Shown here one piece after another: positions 58,542 through 64,000 of a DNA stretch of 64,000 bases. Within the stretch, counting starts at the first letter, position 1; each line of letters begins with the position of its first letter. The stretch lies in the sequence record OR805293.1; one strand, given 5' to 3'. The position numbers and the translations under genes are program-made. The notes beneath the pieces are model-generated. The model did no database searches. It had not been told where the DNA came from and was given only the letters and a program-made list of their open reading frames with translations.

Positions 58542-58866
58542 TATTTATGTATGCATAAGAGAACTTATGAAACTCAACGAAGTTACTACAATTTCTGATC
58601 TAGACAATATTCCTGTCACTGACAAATTTATAGTTGTCGGCGAAGATATGGTAGGTCTTGCTTTTATCGATAACGATGGAAAGTTAAATGATGGATTCTT
58701 TTTTGAGTGTACTTATACTCAGAATAAGGAACAAATATTTAAAGCTGTTCAACATTTAAAAAAACAAGTAGATGAATTAAATAATTGTAATAAAGAGAAA
58801 GTTATAGCACATATCATGCGAGCTCCTGAGTTTGCATATGTTTGGGTATACTTTGAACAAAAATAA
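58531..58866 (+). CDS. hypothetical protein (start possibly downstream)
   Basis: ORF track. Confidence 0.65.
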   Translation: MIDSIYVCIRELMKLNEVTTISDLDNIPVTDKFIVVGEDMVGLAFIDNDGKLNDGFFFECTYTQNKEQIFKAVQHLKKQVDELNNCNKEKVIAHIMRAPEFAYVWVYFEQK

Positions 58867-59148
58867 TAGTTCTATATTTTTTGATATATGCAAACGCAAA
58901 TAATTAGAATTTGCAGAACCTGTTACAAACTTTCTGTTTATATAAAATACAATCATGCTATAATAGTTTATAATAAAAATGTAAGCATATAGCACCAAAA
59001 GAACAAAGATGAAGTTCATTCTTTGTCTAAAGATTAAGTTTGCTGAGAATTTTGATAAGAAACTTCAACTGCTAGATATTATATCAATAGTGCATTTATC
59101 ATGCATTGAACAGAAAAGAAGTACTCTTTTATCTACGAGGAAAAGCAA

Positions 59149-59364
59149 ATGAAATACAAAATCATTCTTCAAAACCGTAGCAATGGTGTTGTCGCTGAAT
59201 TTTCGGTAGATAACGAAATTAACCCCGAGATCATGGATACTTCTATTATTGTTCATGAAGGGACATCGTATATGTTTACTGGCCAGCGCGGTTCTTACTA
59301 CGATATCCTTTATTTTAGTGAAATATATAAGACTATTAACACGACAGACTTGTCGTTGCTATAA
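59149..59364 (+). CDS. hypothetical protein
   Basis: GAGG RBS. Confidence 0.75.
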   Translation: MKYKIILQNRSNGVVAEFSVDNEINPEIMDTSIIVHEGTSYMFTGQRGSYYDILYFSEIYKTINTTDLSLL

Positions 59365-59437
59365 CAGAAAACGCTTTACAATAGCTCTAAATGTGCTATT
59401 ATGTAGTTGTACATAAAACAACGCAGGAGATTATATC

Positions 59438-59635
59438 ATGCGTAGCACACTCGGAGTAGAACATGCATCGAGAGAAATTCTTTCTGCATGGGTTGATGTA
59501 ATGCAGCAACTCAACTGTGAGCATTTCTATAGCGAACTGAAAGACAATGCAGTTCGCTTAGATTTACAGGAATATATGTATACTGAACGTCTCGTTCAGT
59601 ATTATACAGATCTTCCAGTCACTAATGCTGGTTGA
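59438..59635 (+). CDS. hypothetical protein
   Basis: AGGAG RBS. Confidence 0.75.
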   Translation: MRSTLGVEHASREILSAWVDVMQQLNCEHFYSELKDNAVRLDLQEYMYTERLVQYYTDLPVTNAG

Positions 59636-59665
59636 TGCCTTCGCCGGGCGTGAACTACATTTATT

Positions 59666-59777
59666 AGGAAAGGGGTTTTAAGCCCCTTTCCTTTTGATTG
59701 TTAAGTGTAAGTGCAAATTAATCTTATTTGCTTGTTACAATTTAGTTCTTGAATTCACACATAATAGTATGTATAGT
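59666..59777 (+). promoter_or_regulatory. terminator + palindromic box + promoter module
   Basis: Hairpin 59666-59695; box 59707-59731; TTGAAT-17-TATAGT (59749-59777). Confidence 0.7.
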
Positions 59778-59814
59778 TTTAATATATAAGATACCAACAT
59801 GCGAGGTTGTAAAA

Positions 59815-60267
59815 ATGAAACTTCATAATATGAATGGTAATATTTTTATTCGGTTTGAAGTAGATACTTCGTCGGATAATTTTGTAGAAAAAGTTTACGA
59901 AGAAATTATGCAGCTTCCTGCAAAATTGTATTTCGAGAAGATAGAACGTAGAACTTGGTTCTGTAGCTTTTACACAGGCTACGACGAATTGGTAGAATTC
60001 GTTAATGAAATAAAAGACAGAGTTAGTTCAGAAGGTGTTTTCTTTGACAGGCCATTGCAGCTAACTCTTATCAATTCGGGCGGGGTAGAAGTAAATATTT
60101 CCGATATAGAACCAGATCTTCACTATCTTTTTGATAACGATATTACAACTACAAAACTTATCTCTATGGAAGGATCGTGCAATATGGTAGATTTGCTCAT
60201 GTGCGAATGGGTACCTATTAACATTCGTACTTCTATTGCTAAGGCATTTACTGACAAATTTTTGTAA
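59815..60267 (+). CDS. hypothetical protein
   Basis: GAGGT RBS, ATG 59815. Confidence 0.75.
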   Translation: MKLHNMNGNIFIRFEVDTSSDNFVEKVYEEIMQLPAKLYFEKIERRTWFCSFYTGYDELVEFVNEIKDRVSSEGVFFDRPLQLTLINSGGVEVNISDIEPDLHYLFDNDITTTKLISMEGSCNMVDLLMCEWVPINIRTSIAKAFTDKFL

Positions 60268-60359
60268 TAAAATACCTGTTGACGCATATAGCAATATGCG
60301 CAATAATATGCACGAAAGCAAGAACAGATCCAAATAACCTTTTTATAAGAGATTATATT

Positions 60360-61007
60360 ATGTCTAAGTATCTTTCTTTTAGCGTAAACGTAGACATGGA
60401 CAACACTGGTCTGTTGAAATGGTTGCGTCCTACCACCGGTCGGTTGGATGGATTCGAAGAGAGTGTTAAAAACTTCGTTTCTTCTTTCCGCTCAGTCGAG
60501 TCGAGCCCTACGGTGTTTCAAGTTTACGATGACGATGATCAGCCGTTGCAAGTAAGCAACATGAGCTGCTTCTTCCGATACTTTCCGGTGTATGGTATGT
60601 GCCTTGCACCGGGTTCGATGGTCAGGGAACAATATCGTCGGGAGATCCTCGACTACACTACTGACGAGTTCTGTTCATTCAGTAACTACTTCAGTGACGG
60701 CAAGGCCATCCGCGGCGGGGCAGTCTTGTGGTGGGATGTAGAGAAAGACTTGGTATGGTCTGTTAGTCCCGAATTGATTCGCCTTGTATATGCCCGCTTG
60801 CAAAGTGATATGGACATCGGGTGGTATCATCTCGGGCAAGAAGTTATGGCTGTAGTTCCCCTTCGTTCGTATCCCAACGATGTTGCCCGATGGAAATATG
60901 TACAAGGTAATATCTGCGGCATCGACGATCAAGTGAGCATTCGCAGCAATGTCGACGGTCGAGTCACCCGGCTTAATTGGGAATACATCGTGACCCAAGG
61001 GGGATAA
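60360..61007 (+). CDS. GC-enriched hypothetical protein
   Basis: ATG 60360; GC rises sharply at the start codon. Confidence 0.8.
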   Translation: MSKYLSFSVNVDMDNTGLLKWLRPTTGRLDGFEESVKNFVSSFRSVESSPTVFQVYDDDDQPLQVSNMSCFFRYFPVYGMCLAPGSMVREQYRREILDYTTDEFCSFSNYFSDGKAIRGGAVLWWDVEKDLVWSVSPELIRLVYARLQSDMDIGWYHLGQEVMAVVPLRSYPNDVARWKYVQGNICGIDDQVSIRSNVDGRVTRLNWEYIVTQGG

Positions 61008-61008
61008 T

Positions 61009-61236
61009 ATGGGCGGTCTTGCTAATATAGTTGCATTCATAGCTTCTATTGTTGCAATTGTTACTGGAAATATCTGGTATTTTATCGCACTGTTGCTATG
61101 CACAGCATTTATGTCGCCCGAACGAAAAGGATCATTAATTGATGTATTTTCGGTCATTGTCGGGATTGGTGCTATATTTAACGGAGACATTGCATGGGGC
61201 ATAGTGTTCATAGCATTAGTGATAATAGTTAAATAG
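61009..61236 (+). CDS. small membrane protein
   Basis: Four short hydrophobic segments; GGGGGA RBS. Confidence 0.7.
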   Translation: MGGLANIVAFIASIVAIVTGNIWYFIALLLCTAFMSPERKGSLIDVFSVIVGIGAIFNGDIAWGIVFIALVIIVK

Positions 61237-61265
61237 AAAGGAAGGGGGTTTAACCCCTTCCTTTT
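61237..61265 (+). terminator. intrinsic terminator
   Basis: AAAGGAAGGGG/CCCCTTCCTTT. Confidence 0.85.
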
Positions 61266-61671
61266 ATTGTAGGTGTTAAATGTCATCAATTTTTTATCTT
61301 AGCAAATGGACAGAATACATAGTAATTTTAAACAATAAGAGAATAAGGTTAAGTACAGCGAAATATTCTATAGGATATGTATCACTAGAAACACCTCGTC
61401 GCACATTTTACTGGACACTTTTTAAATGAAATACAATAATCATATCTAATTAGCTACCTACATTTATATCAAAAACCATTCTATGAAATATATTTCCTAA
61501 ATCATATTACAAAAGTTATATTTGAATTTCGGATTCATATCTCAACCTTGCATTGCAATATAAAATGCGAATATGAGTGTGCTATATGTATTTGCATATG
61601 CATGTACATACGCATAAACGTATTAAGAAATACAATTTATTTTATCCTATACAATTATCTTTAATACCTAT

Positions 61672-62016
61672 ATGTTGTTTGATAATAAAAGTATAATAAG
61701 TAAAAGATATTATCCATTGTATAATGGTTTTAATATATTTCGCTGTAGTGTTGGATTTATATATTTTTCATATGATAAAATGTCATTTATTCACGACATA
61801 TTCATGCAAACCATTTCGTTGTTCCTTATGACGTTATTATTGTTTTTACTTATAACTCCGTTATATTATATAGGATTGAAAAATCCAGTCAATATAACTA
61901 CATTTGTTTCGTGTTTAATAATAACCATTCTTATAACAAGTTATTATTTTATGTCAGTTTTGACTTATATATTCTGTATTACTGTTCAGTCAATAATTTA
62001 TAAAAGAAAGAAATAA
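61672..62016 (+). CDS. hydrophobic hypothetical protein
   Basis: ORF track; very AT-rich. Confidence 0.4.
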   Translation: MLFDNKSIISKRYYPLYNGFNIFRCSVGFIYFSYDKMSFIHDIFMQTISLFLMTLLLFLLITPLYYIGLKNPVNITTFVSCLIITILITSYYFMSVLTYIFCITVQSIIYKRKK

Positions 62017-62028
62017 TTTAGTTTCTTT

Positions 62029-62094
62029 TTCATTATCTTTTTCATTATCTTTTTCATTTTCATTATCTTTTTCATTTTCTTTATCTTTTATCAT
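62029..62094 (+). repeat. 12-bp tandem repeat TTCATTATCTTT (3 exact copies plus variants)
   Basis: Copies at 62029, 62041, 62059; variant at 62071. Confidence 0.85.
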
Positions 62095-62213
62095 TGCAAA
62101 TACAAATAATAATTATTCTTATTTGCATTTAGTGATGTAAATAATTCTTATTTGTAATTGCGATTAATTCTTATTTGCTACAATAGATAGAATAAGAATA
62201 ATTCACATTTGCA
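62095..62213. promoter_or_regulatory. cluster of four palindromic boxes or half-boxes
   Basis: CAAATAATAAT-T-ATTCTTATTTG (62103-62125); TTCTTATTTG at ~62146 and ~62168; inverted AATAAGAAT at 62191. Confidence 0.7.
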
Positions 62214-62369
62214 ATGCCGCTAAAAGCGCTGTAAGCGCTGTATGTTGCGTAGTAATGCTAAGCAATGCATTAGTACAGCTACGCGCACAAACGCTGTTAT
62301 ATGCGCTTGTAGCGCGTTTTAGGGCCCATGCGCATGCGTACACCTGTAGCTTTACATAGCAAAATGCAG
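62204..62369. other. GA/TC-free tract
   Basis: 166 nt with no GA and no TC; GpC-rich. Confidence 0.85.
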
Positions 62370-62498
62370 AAAAGACGTCGTCTATTGACGTGCCTGTCTT
62401 AATAGAAATATACAATTGTACAATACCTGTGAAATCCTACACACTACAGACATGCAAACAAGCAATGTGCTTGCAAGCATAAAAGTTTTTAAAAAGTA

Positions 62499-62527
62499 GT
62501 AGACATTGTGTAGCATCCCTAGTAAGC
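62499..62527 (+). promoter_or_regulatory. sigma70-like promoter
   Basis: TAGACA-17-TAAGCT. Confidence 0.6.
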
Positions 62528-62562
62528 TACACACACATAAACAACACAACGGAGTACAAGCT

Positions 62563-63018
62563 ATGTCTAATGTAAGCATCCCTGCAGTAACGGTAGAGAA
62601 CATCGGCACCCTGCGCATTGTGCGCACCGCTAACAAGGAGGTCGGAAGTGTGCTCGACCTAAAAGTTAACGGGGTAGTAGTAGGGCAAGCTTTCCCGCTC
62701 TACAGCACAAAAACCCAGCGTAGCTGGAACGCAAGCATGCACGCTACCGTTAACGGTGTAGAGGTGCAGTTTGCACAGGAAGGCGTGTTCAGTGCAATCC
62801 GCATTGCACGGGCGTTCGAGGATGCAGTAAAGCATGCCGTTAGCAACGGCGAGCAAGGGCAACCCCTCCCCGCGCCGGCGGCGCAGTCCGATGCCCCGGC
62901 AACGGCAGAAGCGCAAGCAGAAGCCCCGGCGGCGCAGACCGAGGATGCGCCGGAGACCCTGGCAGCCGAAGCTAAGCCCGCCCGCAAAGGCGGCAGCAAA
63001 GGCGGCAGCAAAAAGTAA
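62563..63018 (+). CDS. very GC-rich protein with Ala/Pro linker and basic tail; paralog of 43303..44007
   Basis: GGAG RBS, ATG 62563; NGVVVGQ...VQFAQEGVFSAIRI; ends KPARKGGSKGGSKK. Confidence 0.88.
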   Translation: MSNVSIPAVTVENIGTLRIVRTANKEVGSVLDLKVNGVVVGQAFPLYSTKTQRSWNASMHATVNGVEVQFAQEGVFSAIRIARAFEDAVKHAVSNGEQGQPLPAPAAQSDAPATAEAQAEAPAAQTEDAPETLAAEAKPARKGGSKGGSKK

Positions 63019-63172
63019 GCGCTGCTAACACAGGAAAGGGGCAACTGCCCCTTTCCTTTTATGTCCTAGTTGTAAATGCAAATTAATCTTATTTGCATTT
63101 GCACAAGTCATTCTCCTGTTGCATTACTGCTTTAAGATGTTAGTATATATGTAGCTATACGGAGTAATTGCT

Positions 63173-63324
63173 ATGAAGCGCAAGTACCTAAAGGCACAGT
63201 TCGAGCATGTTAGTGCCAAGCTCGCCTGCAGCGTATGTTCGAAGAACTCGGTTGCAAGCCCGATGCTTGCTCTGCTAGCATGTACGAGGATAAGACGCAC
63301 ATCACATTAGCCTGGAGCAAGTAA
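63173..63324 (+). pseudogene. small gene apparently carrying a 1-nt frameshift
   Basis: GGAG RBS plus MKRKYLKAQFEHVSAKL, then a second frame QRMFEELGCKPD...AWSK* abutting the next ATG. Confidence 0.45.
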
Positions 63325-63615
63325 ATGGATATGTCGATTGTGAACAAGCGCTTCGAGAAAGAACTAGCGCTGTTTAATGTCGAAGTTCTCGGTAAGCGCA
63401 CAGTGAATCATATAACGAAACCGAACATCGAAGTTTCGTTCAAACTAAAGGGTCATACTACTGAAGAAGAGATGACCACTGTTACTCAGCTCGCACGTCC
63501 CATTATGGAGTATGTAAGCGGACGTAGGGTGGTCTGGGCACACACCAGTCTTTGGCGTGCAATGAAAGACGACCTCGAAGTAGCAGTGCTGACAATGAAG
63601 TTATCCAAACAATAA
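63325..63615 (+). CDS. hypothetical protein
   Basis: GGAG RBS; ends before terminator. Confidence 0.75.
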   Translation: MDMSIVNKRFEKELALFNVEVLGKRTVNHITKPNIEVSFKLKGHTTEEEMTTVTQLARPIMEYVSGRRVVWAHTSLWRAMKDDLEVAVLTMKLSKQ

Positions 63616-63770
63616 GAGATAGGGGCAACTGCCCCTTTCCTTTTATGTCCTAGTTGTAAACGCAAATTAATCTTATTTGCATTTGCACAAGTCAATCTCC
63701 TGTTGCATTACTGCGGTAAGATGTTAGTATGTGTTTAGCAGTAACACATAACTAGCAGGAGCAATAGACA

Positions 63771-64000
63771 ATGGCTAAAGTATTGCATGTTGACAGCATC
63801 GGCAACATCGCCGAAATGTTTACATCTGTAGACCTCGATAGCGCCTTGTTGTACGCAATCAAGCGCTGTGCAATGATGGGCAAGGTTAATGTTGTTGGTC
63901 CCAACGCTCCTGTGTTTGCTATCCACTACGACGCACTGACAGCGTACGACGTGCAGTGGCGCCTCATTCCTCCGGGCTGCGGCGTTACCGTGTACGTCAT
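63771..64000 (+). CDS. hypothetical protein, 3' partial
   Basis: AGGAG RBS, ATG 63771; frame open to window end. Confidence 0.75.
   Translation, partial: MAKVLHVDSIGNIAEMFTSVDLDSALLYAIKRCAMMGKVNVVGPNAPVFAIHYDALTAYDVQWRLIPPGCGVTVYV

Larger units (their letters stand above)
63037..63730 (+). repeat. 110-bp direct repeat (terminator + box + promoter) at 63037-63146 and 63621-63730
   Basis: 106/110 identical by manual alignment. Confidence 0.9.

Overview
Very AT-rich segment of a large lytic (jumbo-type) dsDNA phage with nearly all genes on the + strand. The host is probably Pseudomonas, inferred from GC-rich genes with host-like codon use and a block resembling Pseudomonas temperate-phage early genes. 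From memory the 12-tRNA set resembles PA5oct/MIJ3-like phages; this is unverified and needs BLASTN. Layout: 0-12 kb mixed genes (SleB-like cell wall hydrolase, AAA+ ATPase, two minus-strand HExxH paralogs, a probable virion protein). 14.7-19 kb: 12 tRNAs, with Ile2-CAT and Leu-TAA each duplicated. 21-25 kb: HD-like protein, SGNH hydrolase, DksA/TraR zinc finger and a short TilS. 25-41 kb: a long array of divergent ~100-aa paralogs with an internally repeated 'ILxLQxxT' motif, interrupted by an M23 peptidase and by a repeat locus at 34.0-34.6 kb where GC skew flips (candidate origin), and decaying into pseudogenes at 37.7-40.6 kb. 41-64 kb: short sigma70 promoter-to-terminator units containing GC-rich genes, four promoter-driven structured ncRNA candidates, and a dispersed ~27-bp palindromic box centred about -63 to -72 from predicted start sites. 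The most unusual signals are 120-220 nt intergenic tracts with no GA or TC dinucleotide, the palindromic-box regulon, the four large ncRNAs, the paralog array with a captured unequal-crossover junction, and the Ile2/TilS module. All coordinates and counts were read by eye; no database searches were run.
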